From positions 32,001 through 96,000 of the IMG/VR virus record IMGVR_UViG_3300020180_000010: DNA of 64,000 nucleotides, one strand, 5' to 3'. The notes beneath the pieces were generated by a model that saw nothing but the letters and a program-made list of their open reading frames with translations, did not search any database and was not told where the DNA came from. Both the position numbers and the translations under genes were made by a program. Source of the DNA: a virus. Shown piece by piece: positions 36,260-46,586 of this stretch; the stretch's first letter is position 1, and each line of letters opens with the position of its first letter.

Positions 36260-39200
36260 TTATCGGCCCTCCAACACAACCGATACATTATTCGCGACAA
36301 AGTATTGATTTCTCTGCGCAGTAATGCTCAAAACTTGCCCTGTCTTGCCTTCTTGATTGAAGGCCGTGACTCTCACCCGATCAACTCCATCTACGGCACC
36401 CGCGACATTCACCATATCCGATGCATCCAGAATATCATTTAGTTTATTCGTATTGATCGCTACGATCAATCTATCTCGAACATTCTGCGTGACAGTTGTT
36501 CCGGCATTGTTAAATTCTGATTTCAATACAATTGCCAACGTAACATTAATCTTTATTTCAGAAGCCTGTTTAATCAAAACATCTGAATTGATCGGGCGAT
36601 TCGTTTCAAGGGTCAAAGTAGTGTCGCCGATCAATCTATTATAGTTATATCGTACGAGAATTCTTTCATTTAACTTTGGCGCGGTGTAATTGTAAGTAAT
36701 TAAGTACCTAGAATTAATTGCAGGCTGGTTTGTCTGGCTGACCGTCAGCAGAGCATTGGAAATGGTCGTGAATCCGCTCGATACAGCTACTTTATTTATT
36801 TGAGCAAAATATTTATTTCCATAAACGGTTCCGTTTCTCGTGAAAAATAGATCTTCATGATCATTCGGATCCATATAATAAAACGTAACTCTTACTTTAT
36901 CACCTATATTTGGAAGATTATTAAGATTATTCGTAGTTGCGGGCAAACGTACCTTTAACCCACCAAGCGTCTGATCCGTTATGGATTCATTTGAATAATA
37001 CAGCGCAGTACGTAATTGGTTACCCAGAACATCATAACTCGTCAGGACATCCGTTACTTCCGCCCCAATCACCTCGACTCGTTCCATCTTGACTACCCTG
37101 ACAATCCCGTAACGGCTACTCAGAGTATCGTTGGAGGTCAAGGAGAGTGCGGTTCTCAATGCCTCTCCTAGATCCTGAACCAATCCAGAGTCATTGATGG
37201 TAAATATAATATCTTTAGCTTTGGTAATGGTGGTGCCGGTAAATGTCACGACTCCTTCATTATTTATCTGATCTGATAACGATACCGCGAGTCTCGTTAC
37301 GGATTGTTTCAATGAAGCCGTACTGAAGTACACCACTAGTACTTTTTCGTTACCAATGAGCGTTTCCTGAACCGCGTCTGAAAAAGTTAATATGTTTCCG
37401 ACTACCGTTATATTGGGATCGCTCAGTTCGGAAGCATCGGCAAGATTCATTACGAATATCTGATTCAGATCTATATTTGATGGAATAGTAAGGCCCGTGA
37501 GGATAAACTTACCTGAAGGAGCCAACGTCACATCGGCAATTTCTTTCGAAATAACATTGCATGCAAACGTAGAAGGCTGGAATCTGGAAAGATCACGTAC
37601 CTGGTACGTCACCATTACCGATTCATCAACAGTCAAACCTACCTGACTAAGATTCAGAATATAGTTAAGATCTGTATCCGTACTAACGGTCCCGGCTCCG
37701 TTCCATAATTCTGTCCCGTCAAGTTTGGCTGCCGATACAACATTCGAGGCTATCAATTCATATTCAGCGCTGGAAAGATCAAGCTTTAAATAATATTGAC
37801 CTCCAGACGAAAGTGCAATTTTTGCGTGTTGTGATTCAATCAAACAAGCTGGATTGGATCGGTTACGTACGGTAACCTGATTATGATCATATCCATTACC
37901 TTTTCTGATCGCCGGAAGTTCATTCAGTCGGAATGAGAAAAGATCTGATATTTCAGCAATATAATTAACTTTTGCCGTAAAAACATTGGGCCCGGAAGGA
38001 TAATTCTGAACCGGTATCGTAATTAGATTATTATTCAGATTCCCTGTCAAACCATTTACGATAAATATGTCCTGAACACCGTACGTAACCTGAACGGTCT
38101 GACCAGCCTGGGCCGAGGTATCGGTCGGAAGAACCACCGTAACGTCATAGAAGATACCGAAACCCGTAACGACTTTGGTGCTCTGAACGCTCCCATCGTT
38201 TTGACTGGTTTGGTAAAGTTCTTTTGAAGTATTGAAGATCTTGACCGAACTAACGGTTTCAAGAGGCATCAATAGCCCCGTCAGGATCACGACTAGTTTT
38301 CCTAGATAAACACCGCTCGTTGCGACGGTTACGGTACTGGTTCCGGATGAAAAGGCATTTACCGAAATAACCGATGTGATCGGATGGATGGCAGTGCCGC
38401 TATAAAATGTTCCGGATGTATTTTTAGTAAAGACTACCGATTCATCCCTTACAGCATTGCTGAATCCCCAATCCACGCTATCCTGTACGGTTCTTGGATT
38501 GGTACGGGTAAATCTTCCGTCATAGTCAACATATGGATCGTATTGTACGATCCAAGTATAATCTACCTGAAGGATATCGCTCGGCGAAGGTAGTGTATTT
38601 CCAGAAATTTGGATTCTTCCGAGTGTATTGATGGTTCCGGTACCGTTTAGATTCTGATTCGTTACAGTATAACGTTCTCCCGTCGTGACGTTGAAAACCC
38701 TCGTTACACCGGTACATGGAGTATGAAGAAGTGTAATAACAGAACGGTCCGTCGTGAGTACGGTGCTGTTTTCATTAGTAATTAGAAGATTTTGCTGTAA
38801 TGCGGGAATCGTCAATACGTCTGTAAACGTAACATTATCCTGACCGTTGTATTTTCCTTTTACTCTATCTTCCGGAAGATCAGATATCTTATCACTAATC
38901 CATACAAATTTATCAAAACCCCAAGGGCTACCCGAATATACACCGGTATCCTTAATTAACTCATAATTACCCTGAACTCTACCTAATGAATCAATTGTTT
39001 TTTCTTTAAAATTAGATCCGCTTAATGAACCCGTCACTTCCACAATTTGTTGAGCTGGTTGTGCCGGGAGGGTCTTGGCAGCAATATTATCAATTCTTTT
39101 ACGATTTACTGTTTTGTTCTCATCACCAACAATTTGACCCAAAACAAAGTTATTTTTTATATCAGTCGGGTCTCCGCGATTGCTGGCATCACGATAGATA

Positions 39201-40063
39201 AAGCTATCTACCTGTTCAGCGAGTCTTGTCCCCAGGATAATAATATCGACTTTTCCGCCCTGACCTTCTGATATGATGGTAAAGGATCCGTCATCATTCT
39301 GAAATACTTGTGTTCCGTCACGAATCATCAGGCTGTCGCCTGGCTCGATTACCAAGGCATCCAGAACATCTGTATCCGAGAGAACAAGATTACGGTATCC
39401 GAGAGCCGTTCCGACATTGGAGCCGCTGAAGATCGCCAGGACTCGATTTCTGAAAGAAGTATCGTCTTCTTGATTCGCTCCACCAGAGAATGGATTTATA
39501 TTCGTGACATTCGAAATCCCTGCGATGTTGGTTCGGCTGATACCAAATTTAGATATGTTACCGATTATGCCGGGAGTCGTGGCGATGACCGGCACTTCAA
39601 CCGCATACAAATCTGATATTCCGAGGAAATCAAGTTCGTTTCGATATCTCGTGGCAACGGCTTTATATAGATTTGATTGAGAAGGATTGATAGAAATGCC
39701 GGTTTGAGTTGCGAAGGATATTCCGCTGCTGGAAAAAACAAGCGATCCACGGCCCACTCCGATGGTCGCGGGGATGCTGGCGAAAGTCAAAAGCGCCACA
39801 CCACTACTGGTTGTGGATGATTTTCTCGATACTCCAAAGTTTTGAGATAAGAAATCAAGGTCACTGCCAGAAACCAGTCTTATGGATTGTTGATCTGAAA
39901 TTTTAGAAATTTCATCATACAATAGAGAAAGCTGTCCAGCAGGGGATTCAATAAATAAATCTCTCGCGACTGTACCGGGCTTGACATCAAGATTGGGCTG
40001 GCGTGATCGATAAAAATCAATCAAATTTAGTATTATTTCATCTGCATATCTGATCGTTACCAC
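36260..40063 (-). CDS. Baseplate J-like wedge protein with large insertion
   Basis: PGTVARDL, LDFLSQNFGVSR, GGANQEDDTSFRNR and a C-terminal AVDGVDRV. Confidence 0.82.
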   Translation of the reverse strand: MVTIRYADEIILNLIDFYRSRQPNLDVKPGTVARDLFIESPAGQLSLLYDEISKISDQQSIRLVSGSDLDFLSQNFGVSRKSSTTSSGVALLTFASIPATIGVGRGSLVFSSSGISFATQTGISINPSQSNLYKAVATRYRNELDFLGISDLYAVEVPVIATTPGIIGNISKFGISRTNIAGISNVTNINPFSGGANQEDDTSFRNRVLAIFSGSNVGTALGYRNLVLSDTDVLDALVIEPGDSLMIRDGTQVFQNDDGSFTIISEGQGGKVDIIILGTRLAEQVDSFIYRDASNRGDPTDIKNNFVLGQIVGDENKTVNRKRIDNIAAKTLPAQPAQQIVEVTGSLSGSNFKEKTIDSLGRVQGNYELIKDTGVYSGSPWGFDKFVWISDKISDLPEDRVKGKYNGQDNVTFTDVLTIPALQQNLLITNENSTVLTTDRSVITLLHTPCTGVTRVFNVTTGERYTVTNQNLNGTGTINTLGRIQISGNTLPSPSDILQVDYTWIVQYDPYVDYDGRFTRTNPRTVQDSVDWGFSNAVRDESVVFTKNTSGTFYSGTAIHPITSVISVNAFSSGTSTVTVATSGVYLGKLVVILTGLLMPLETVSSVKIFNTSKELYQTSQNDGSVQSTKVVTGFGIFYDVTVVLPTDTSAQAGQTVQVTYGVQDIFIVNGLTGNLNNNLITIPVQNYPSGPNVFTAKVNYIAEISDLFSFRLNELPAIRKGNGYDHNQVTVRNRSNPACLIESQHAKIALSSGGQYYLKLDLSSAEYELIASNVVSAAKLDGTELWNGAGTVSTDTDLNYILNLSQVGLTVDESVMVTYQVRDLSRFQPSTFACNVISKEIADVTLAPSGKFILTGLTIPSNIDLNQIFVMNLADASELSDPNITVVGNILTFSDAVQETLIGNEKVLVVYFSTASLKQSVTRLAVSLSDQINNEGVVTFTGTTITKAKDIIFTINDSGLVQDLGEALRTALSLTSNDTLSSRYGIVRVVKMERVEVIGAEVTDVLTSYDVLGNQLRTALYYSNESITDQTLGGLKVRLPATTNNLNNLPNIGDKVRVTFYYMDPNDHEDLFFTRNGTVYGNKYFAQINKVAVSSGFTTISNALLTVSQTNQPAINSRYLITYNYTAPKLNERILVRYNYNRLIGDTTLTLETNRPINSDVLIKQASEIKINVTLAIVLKSEFNNAGTTVTQNVRDRLIVAINTNKLNDILDASDMVNVAGAVDGVDRVRVTAFNQEGKTGQVLSITAQRNQYFVANNVSVVLEGR

Positions 40064-40074
40064 TTAGACTCCCA

Positions 40075-40509
40075 TCATAAAAATCCAGATACAGTAAATG
40101 ATGTCTGTACTTTATTGTAAGTTCTATCCAGAACAGTTATCTTGACTATAAATAATCTAGGATCGGTATCGTTTCTCTGAACAAGTATTCCGACGATCGC
40201 TGCTAATTGTTCTTCCGCAGATAATTTTTGGAAGCTTTCAAGTTGAATTCCTTGAAGTGCCTGAAGCGTCGTTATGGATGTCCTTAATTGATTTTCGGCC
40301 GCATCCGTTATGATGGCGGTATCGAGATGAGATCCGATTAGAGTTTTGGATATAAAAGAACCGTACCATGGATTAAAAACGTTTGAACCGGCTGGTGTAA
40401 TGGCTATTTTTAATATATCTTGAATCAGCTTATCTTTATCCTGAACCGTCTCTAATTGACCGTTCAGAATGCTGATATCTCCATTTTTTAGCTTCAAATC
40501 AAACGACAT
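40075..40509 (-). CDS. gp25/GpW-like baseplate wedge (sheath initiator)
   Basis: DL...GD...KLIQDILK...TPAGSNVFNPWYGS; directly upstream of J. Confidence 0.78.
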   Translation of the reverse strand: MSFDLKLKNGDISILNGQLETVQDKDKLIQDILKIAITPAGSNVFNPWYGSFISKTLIGSHLDTAIITDAAENQLRTSITTLQALQGIQLESFQKLSAEEQLAAIVGILVQRNDTDPRLFIVKITVLDRTYNKVQTSFTVSGFL

Positions 40510-40559
40510 AACTCTCCATCACAAGCTATACCGGATTATCAGCCGGAATAATGATCGAA

Positions 40560-42167
40560 TCAGGAATTTGTCGTCTTGCCTTTATAAATAGCATCAATTA
40601 TAGTAAATATTCGTCTAACTTGGGTTTCGTATCCCGTCAGGACTGCCAAAGACCCGAGTGTTCTGGATCCTTTTGATTTTCTATCTTTTACCTTCTCGGA
40701 TTGAAGCTCAGGATTCTTATACATACGTTCGAACGCTGCATCATCCAGCATATCCAGCAATATAGCGTGATCAACTGTCCATAAAGCAATGTAAGTTGTC
40801 AACATATCAAGTAGTCCGAACCCTGTATCATCACCCATGATCATCGCGATATTAAATAATGCTGATTCTGACTTTCTTGCAAAATCATTTCTTCTATTCG
40901 TAATATTGGTTATTTTTTGCTCATAAACCGTTGGTACGTTTGGCCCAAAACTTCCCAGCGCCACCTCATCAATTGCCGAAAATACCGTACCACCGATTTG
41001 TTTTTTAAATATTTCAAACTCCGTATCGGCAATCAATTTCTCTTTTGTCAATCTACTTATTTCAAGCTCATCCGGCGTAAGTGTAGCGCTGGATGTATCA
41101 AGATCATACGAACTGATGCCTGCGGTGATTCCTTTGGCGGATGGTTTTGGTTTCCACGTAATATTACTTGTAGTACGGCTCAATTCTCTCTGAGATTCAA
41201 AAAGCTGATCCGTAACGGTTTTTAGTAAAACAAAAAGATTCTGTACAATAAAAACTTCAGACCTGTATAGCTTCGACGCTCCTCCCAAAAGATCCATTAA
41301 TCTTTGGCTTGTAAATCTTTCATCTTTTTTAATTTGATCAATAGATTTTTGTAAATCTTTAAAATCAACGTTTTTATTCGCTACATTGAATCTAACTCTA
41401 CAAACCTTCTCGATCATAGGTCTGGAAAAGGTTGTATCGCGATTAAGTATTCTTTCTTTGTCTGTTAGGAATGGTGTTCCGATTTTATTAATCGCCGGAA
41501 GAACCGTCAGATCGATCCTCGGATCAACAATGAACGGTTTAATGATATGCTGAATAGCTTTTAATGATTTGAGATCGCTGCCACTAAACTGAGCCGTTGG
41601 ATAGAGTTGTTTGACATTCTCTCTAACCGTATATTCTTTTGTTTGAGCTTCACCTTCATCTAATGGGGATGATTCGTTGCCTTCTTTCATCATAGACAAT
41701 TCTCTTGAGAATTGAACAGAATAGGCCAGTGCGGAGCTTATATCGTTTTCTTTTGCATAGATGGCGAGTCTTGATTTTGACCATGTTTCTCTAGCATCGA
41801 GAAGTTTTAACGTTCCTTCAGATAATCCCGCGGCTACTTGGTATCTTTTATTTCTCAGATCTTCACTAAGGTTTAGATTAGGATCGAATCCAGGATTGTA
41901 AGAACCAAGATCTGAACAGATTGGCAAACCAAGTAATCTATAAAAGGTATTGCAGTAACTTTCTTGCGGTTCACGATTAATCAATCCAGCATGCGTGATC
42001 GATTCTATAGCTTTTTCTTCGAATTTAAATTTTGATTGTTCTGGAGTATTGTAACGACTTCTATAGCGCTCAATTTCAGACGCGAAACTGTCGTATATTT
42101 TAGTGATATCCTGTTTAACATACTGAGTGTCAAAAAAAGAATTCTGATTATAAATATTATCCGGCAC
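40560..42167 (-). CDS. Hypothetical virion-associated protein
   Basis: 535-aa helical ORF inside the baseplate cluster. Confidence 0.6.
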   Translation of the reverse strand: MPDNIYNQNSFFDTQYVKQDITKIYDSFASEIERYRSRYNTPEQSKFKFEEKAIESITHAGLINREPQESYCNTFYRLLGLPICSDLGSYNPGFDPNLNLSEDLRNKRYQVAAGLSEGTLKLLDARETWSKSRLAIYAKENDISSALAYSVQFSRELSMMKEGNESSPLDEGEAQTKEYTVRENVKQLYPTAQFSGSDLKSLKAIQHIIKPFIVDPRIDLTVLPAINKIGTPFLTDKERILNRDTTFSRPMIEKVCRVRFNVANKNVDFKDLQKSIDQIKKDERFTSQRLMDLLGGASKLYRSEVFIVQNLFVLLKTVTDQLFESQRELSRTTSNITWKPKPSAKGITAGISSYDLDTSSATLTPDELEISRLTKEKLIADTEFEIFKKQIGGTVFSAIDEVALGSFGPNVPTVYEQKITNITNRRNDFARKSESALFNIAMIMGDDTGFGLLDMLTTYIALWTVDHAILLDMLDDAAFERMYKNPELQSEKVKDRKSKGSRTLGSLAVLTGYETQVRRIFTIIDAIYKGKTTNS

Positions 42168-42390
42168 GTTTCACTCCTATGAGTGCCAATTCCTGCTCAA
42201 TGGTCGTCATGACGGGATTCAGAACAAAATAAGCCGTGATCCAACGTTGCTCTGATCCTGACATACTCCACCATAACCTATCCAGATCGTCTAATAATAA
42301 AGCCGATTCCAACGTATCGTAATTCTTGGTTTCGAATTCTTCTTGCCTCGCCAGATACAACTGAACCGCTGGAGTTATGAGTCCACTCAT
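42157..42390 (-). CDS. Small hypothetical protein
   Basis: 77 aa; overlaps both neighbours (ATGA coupling upstream). Confidence 0.55.
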   Translation of the reverse strand: MSGLITPAVQLYLARQEEFETKNYDTLESALLLDDLDRLWWSMSGSEQRWITAYFVLNPVMTTIEQELALIGVKRAG

Positions 42391-44519
42391 GACGACTCTC
42401 CCGCACCGGTATCGTTTGCCGTATCGGTGGCGTCGCGACGGACCTTCGTCGTGTCGTCGAGCGTTCCAGAACCGGTGCTGGTAGCGATGGGGGCCGTGAT
42501 GAACGTGTAATCAAGTTGCTGAATCCCAACGCTCGCCTGAACAGTCAAATCAATTGGTAAACTTATATTCTGGAAATAATTATTATTATACTGAACCCTA
42601 ATCGTTCCGACTCCGCCTACATCGCTACTGATTTCTGCTGTAAACGCTTCCGAACCATCGTAACTAAATGGAGTGATGGATCCGAAAGTAATTTCAGGCT
42701 TGAAATTCGCAGCTAACTGTGCTCCCACATCCGGAGGCAACCCTGCACCCAAACTTGCAGAATTCTGATCCTTCAATAAGGCTTTAACTTTTATGGTTTT
42801 GGTGGTGAATTGAGATGCCGGATCCACGGTAAAGCTACTTTTGGTATTCGATACGCCTATATTTACAAATTGATTCAATGCAGCTTTTGAGTCATCCAGC
42901 ATTACATTGAGGCACCCGATCACTTCGGACTGGAAATCAGCTGTCGTGGCGAGAGTCATGTTGGTTCGGTATCTGGCAAGTGCCGAATCCACACATATTT
43001 TAGCAGCGGCAGGATCCGGAAGCGGAACGGCTCTCAACCGGTCAGGATTGAGCCCTGTAAAGGTTGCATTTGCGAGCTGGCGATCCGCCGCGACTGCTGG
43101 CAAGCAACCAATCGTAATAAGTGTCTCACCCGCTAGTACATAATGATTTACTCTTACAGTATAACTGATATCGCTTATCGTGACACCATCATCAGCAGGT
43201 GTACTGGCGATCGTAATATCCTTATGAAGCATTGTATTGAGACTGCCCTGCACGCCTTCTACCAAAATATGTGTCTTCTCATCATCTTCAAATGCTGAGC
43301 CACCGACCAGACTCAAAGCTCCGTTAAAAGGCTGAGCTGGAAAATTTGCCCAATTCAACAGCGCAAGAGTAGGTGTGCGATCAATAATACAATCTTTCAT
43401 TCTGATGTATCTGGGAACCCCTGTTCCTCCGAATGGAGTCGGATCGTATAGGAAACGTAAATCAACTACATAAGGAGCTTTTGTGGGGAATGTATCTTTC
43501 GTGTATACTTTTCCTTGTGGGAAAAATATAAATCCCAATAATGGATTCACATCTACCGGGAATGTAATGTTGAAAAACATCTCCGTCCCGACAAGAGTCG
43601 AATCATAAAACTGCCAGCTTTCTCTCCTGACCTGTCCCAAAGAAGCAAAGAGCGTCTTGAAAACTTCCGGAATTCCTGAAATGGCCGATGCATCCGGCCC
43701 GACTTGACTCAGATAAAGAAGATTTCCAGTGTTTTCTCTGGTATACGGAGCAGATTTGATGAAAGCCGGACAGACCTCTACAGTACAGCATCCCGTATCA
43801 TCCTGAGCAGAATCATCACACGGAGGAATTCCGAAGACCAATAGAAGAATTGCTTTGATCACTTGGATCAGAACATCCAAAACGCCCAACACGGCAAATA
43901 TGTTCTGCATAAAACATAAAAGATGTCCGAGCTTTCTCAGAATAATCAGTGCTGATTGAGAATCTCGTTTAGCAAAAATCTTACCCAGCAGGACAATATT
44001 TTTTATTAATTGATTAACGATTCTAGTTACTTCAGAAATGATATACGCGATCAGCGCTACGATCAGCAGGATCAATGAAATGATCATGATGATGATGGCA
44101 ATGATCGGAAACATCGCAAGAAAATCCGGAATGCATACCCGGAACAATTTCTGCATTTTCCCACCCAATTTGATCGGATTGGGAATGGCACAGAGAATTT
44201 CGATCATGCATAAAATAATGCCGATCGAAGGAAGTCCGAATTTATATATAGAAATGAATCCGCTAAAATCATTCAGCAGCTTCATTATCGGGTCAATATT
44301 GACCCGATCAATGCTTGGATTTATGCTTGGTTTGAATAAACCTGGAGGAAGTCTTAGATTAAAATTATCAAACAGAGCCTGAAGATTTTCAGGAAATTTA
44401 TTAATAAAACCGAGATTCGGAATATCAGTTAGTTGACCGTTGGCACTTCCGAAGCCCGGAACCGGTTGCGGTGTAAACTCCGGAGGTGTAACTAGATTGT
44501 CAGAAATATTACAAGGCAC
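42387..44519 (-). CDS. Cys-rich virion protein with long hydrophobic helices
   Basis: IIAIIIMIISLILLIVALIAYII and IFAVLGVLDVLIQVIKAILLLVFG segments; located in the baseplate cluster. Confidence 0.6.
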   Translation of the reverse strand: MPCNISDNLVTPPEFTPQPVPGFGSANGQLTDIPNLGFINKFPENLQALFDNFNLRLPPGLFKPSINPSIDRVNIDPIMKLLNDFSGFISIYKFGLPSIGIILCMIEILCAIPNPIKLGGKMQKLFRVCIPDFLAMFPIIAIIIMIISLILLIVALIAYIISEVTRIVNQLIKNIVLLGKIFAKRDSQSALIILRKLGHLLCFMQNIFAVLGVLDVLIQVIKAILLLVFGIPPCDDSAQDDTGCCTVEVCPAFIKSAPYTRENTGNLLYLSQVGPDASAISGIPEVFKTLFASLGQVRRESWQFYDSTLVGTEMFFNITFPVDVNPLLGFIFFPQGKVYTKDTFPTKAPYVVDLRFLYDPTPFGGTGVPRYIRMKDCIIDRTPTLALLNWANFPAQPFNGALSLVGGSAFEDDEKTHILVEGVQGSLNTMLHKDITIASTPADDGVTISDISYTVRVNHYVLAGETLITIGCLPAVAADRQLANATFTGLNPDRLRAVPLPDPAAAKICVDSALARYRTNMTLATTADFQSEVIGCLNVMLDDSKAALNQFVNIGVSNTKSSFTVDPASQFTTKTIKVKALLKDQNSASLGAGLPPDVGAQLAANFKPEITFGSITPFSYDGSEAFTAEISSDVGGVGTIRVQYNNNYFQNISLPIDLTVQASVGIQQLDYTFITAPIATSTGSGTLDDTTKVRRDATDTANDTGAGESS

Positions 44520-44534
44520 GACTCTTTATATATC

Positions 44535-46586
44535 CTACATTATAGATTTACTATTGCGCAGTACCGTTCTGGATGCATCAGGATCATTAGAATACATATT
44601 GATCTCTTCGGCATCCAGATCAATCTTCATGGCTTTTAATAAAAGCGTTCTGCTGGAAATAAGTTTTATATTCTGTGGTGACATTACCGTGACACCATCA
44701 TTATCTATTCTAACTACCGTTACTTCACCAGTATCCCGGAATACCCTGATATCAACGGCACCTGGACGCCAAGCCATGTTTTTTAGCTGAAATCTTGAGT
44801 CTTTGGTCTGCCCGTCACATAAACCGATTGCTCCACTATCGCACCCTCCTACCTGAATCAACAGATCTCCAGATAAAGATAGCCCCATGCTTACATTATT
44901 AAGGTCTCTACCTACGTTACCTATGATAGATCCATGAGTATCCAACCAAAATGATTGTTTATCTACGGTATTGGATCCGATATTCATTTCAATCATTCCA
45001 TCAAAATTAATACTTCCGGATCTACCCCCAGCATTTGCATCGGGACCAGAAATATTAATTTCTTTTGATACGAATGATTTTGGAAATTTTTTATTTTCAA
45101 TTCCTGATTGTTTCGGATCCAGTTCATATGCAAAAGGTTCTGGTGTGCTGAAAGCAGTAAAGCAAGAAGTTATGTCGTGGTAAGCTGTGCCGTGTAGGAT
45201 TGTTTTATCAGTAAATCTATCTTGCGGGGTAAAAAGAGCAGAAGTATTGGCCGGGTCTTTTATCTCGATTGCTCCGGAACCGAATGCAAATGTCTCGATC
45301 GCAATATCTCTCCTGAGTCCTTTATTCTCAGGTGTCTGATTATCAAATGAAAAGTTATTCGGAGTATCTTTTCCATTTACAGTAGAACGGTTCTCGTACC
45401 TTGTAAGCAGTGGTATGTTGCCGGTTTCGCTGCTCGCCGGAACATTTATTTTAAATTGTCCTTCTTTATCGATATCTATAAAAAATCTACTTCTGAGTCT
45501 TGCAAAATCATCTTTATTATTAACTTCGGGAACCGGGACCACGGCGATCGGATCGATCTGAAGTTTTCCGTCTTTTAATTTTTTAACCGGACCTTTCCTA
45601 GCATTTATTTCAAAATGATAAGCTAAACTTTTACGTTCTATGGCACGGATTCGTTGAAAAGCATTAAGTTTATCATTATTGGTACGGAATGAATAATTTT
45701 TTTCTTTACCCGCCGGAATAACATTTCGATTAAGATCCAGTAGATTGCCATAAATATCAACAACCGTTCCCTTGACCGTTTCCATCAAATAATTAGGAGC
45801 CGCGAGAGTCAATCCTAAAAGATCTGTCCGGGCTTCTCTACGGTTGTATTTCAGTGGAGTGGTGTTGATTTTATTTCTAGTATATCTGGACGCTTCGGCT
45901 GGATCAGATTCGTATCCGAAACTATGTGCGAATTCATAAACCATCTCTCTCTTTTCAATAAAAGGGAGATTCCGGGCAATGCTGCTTGAATTCTGATCGT
46001 TCTGATCAATCGTCAGGGCATCAAATGGAGTCGATGGATCGAAACAAATCGGCACTAACGAATCATCATATTCATGCGATTCTCTCCTCGATACATTGCT
46101 TTCGGTATCTCTAGGATTAAGATCTCGCTTTACAATTCCTTCAATATTTATACTGGCTTCCGATACAGAGAATTTTTCATTAATATTACTAGAAAGTATA
46201 TTACGATTCGGATCAATCCTTAATTGTGTATAATCGTTTCCGATTGAAATATATTGATCCGGATCAAGGTTTATTTTTGTTCCGGAATCGCTCTGGATCA
46301 GAAGTGAGTTGCCAGAAATATTTAATGATTGGTAAAGATTGCTTTTAACAATTTGGTTTATTAAGAAATATTCTCCACCTTCGGCTTGTTGAACCGTAAC
46401 AGGAGTTCCGGGTTGAGGAGAACCTCCGATAAAGTGGCCCTGTTCTCCAAAATAGCCCGGAAGATACGGAACATTAACTTTTCCTTCTCCATTCAGGAGA
46501 GAAACGGATAGCTTTCCATCGGGTCCGAGTCTCGATTCAACCTGACCTCTCTGGAGAGTCCCGGGTATTTTATTAAATGGTTTCAT
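44535..46586 (-). CDS. Baseplate central spike-like protein (gp5/gpV OB-fold)
   Basis: N-terminal OB-like region (G.P..GTPVTV) and beta-rich C-terminus; follows the putative hub. Confidence 0.5.
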   Translation of the reverse strand: MKPFNKIPGTLQRGQVESRLGPDGKLSVSLLNGEGKVNVPYLPGYFGEQGHFIGGSPQPGTPVTVQQAEGGEYFLINQIVKSNLYQSLNISGNSLLIQSDSGTKINLDPDQYISIGNDYTQLRIDPNRNILSSNINEKFSVSEASINIEGIVKRDLNPRDTESNVSRRESHEYDDSLVPICFDPSTPFDALTIDQNDQNSSSIARNLPFIEKREMVYEFAHSFGYESDPAEASRYTRNKINTTPLKYNRREARTDLLGLTLAAPNYLMETVKGTVVDIYGNLLDLNRNVIPAGKEKNYSFRTNNDKLNAFQRIRAIERKSLAYHFEINARKGPVKKLKDGKLQIDPIAVVPVPEVNNKDDFARLRSRFFIDIDKEGQFKINVPASSETGNIPLLTRYENRSTVNGKDTPNNFSFDNQTPENKGLRRDIAIETFAFGSGAIEIKDPANTSALFTPQDRFTDKTILHGTAYHDITSCFTAFSTPEPFAYELDPKQSGIENKKFPKSFVSKEINISGPDANAGGRSGSINFDGMIEMNIGSNTVDKQSFWLDTHGSIIGNVGRDLNNVSMGLSLSGDLLIQVGGCDSGAIGLCDGQTKDSRFQLKNMAWRPGAVDIRVFRDTGEVTVVRIDNDGVTVMSPQNIKLISSRTLLLKAMKIDLDAEEINMYSNDPDASRTVLRNSKSIM

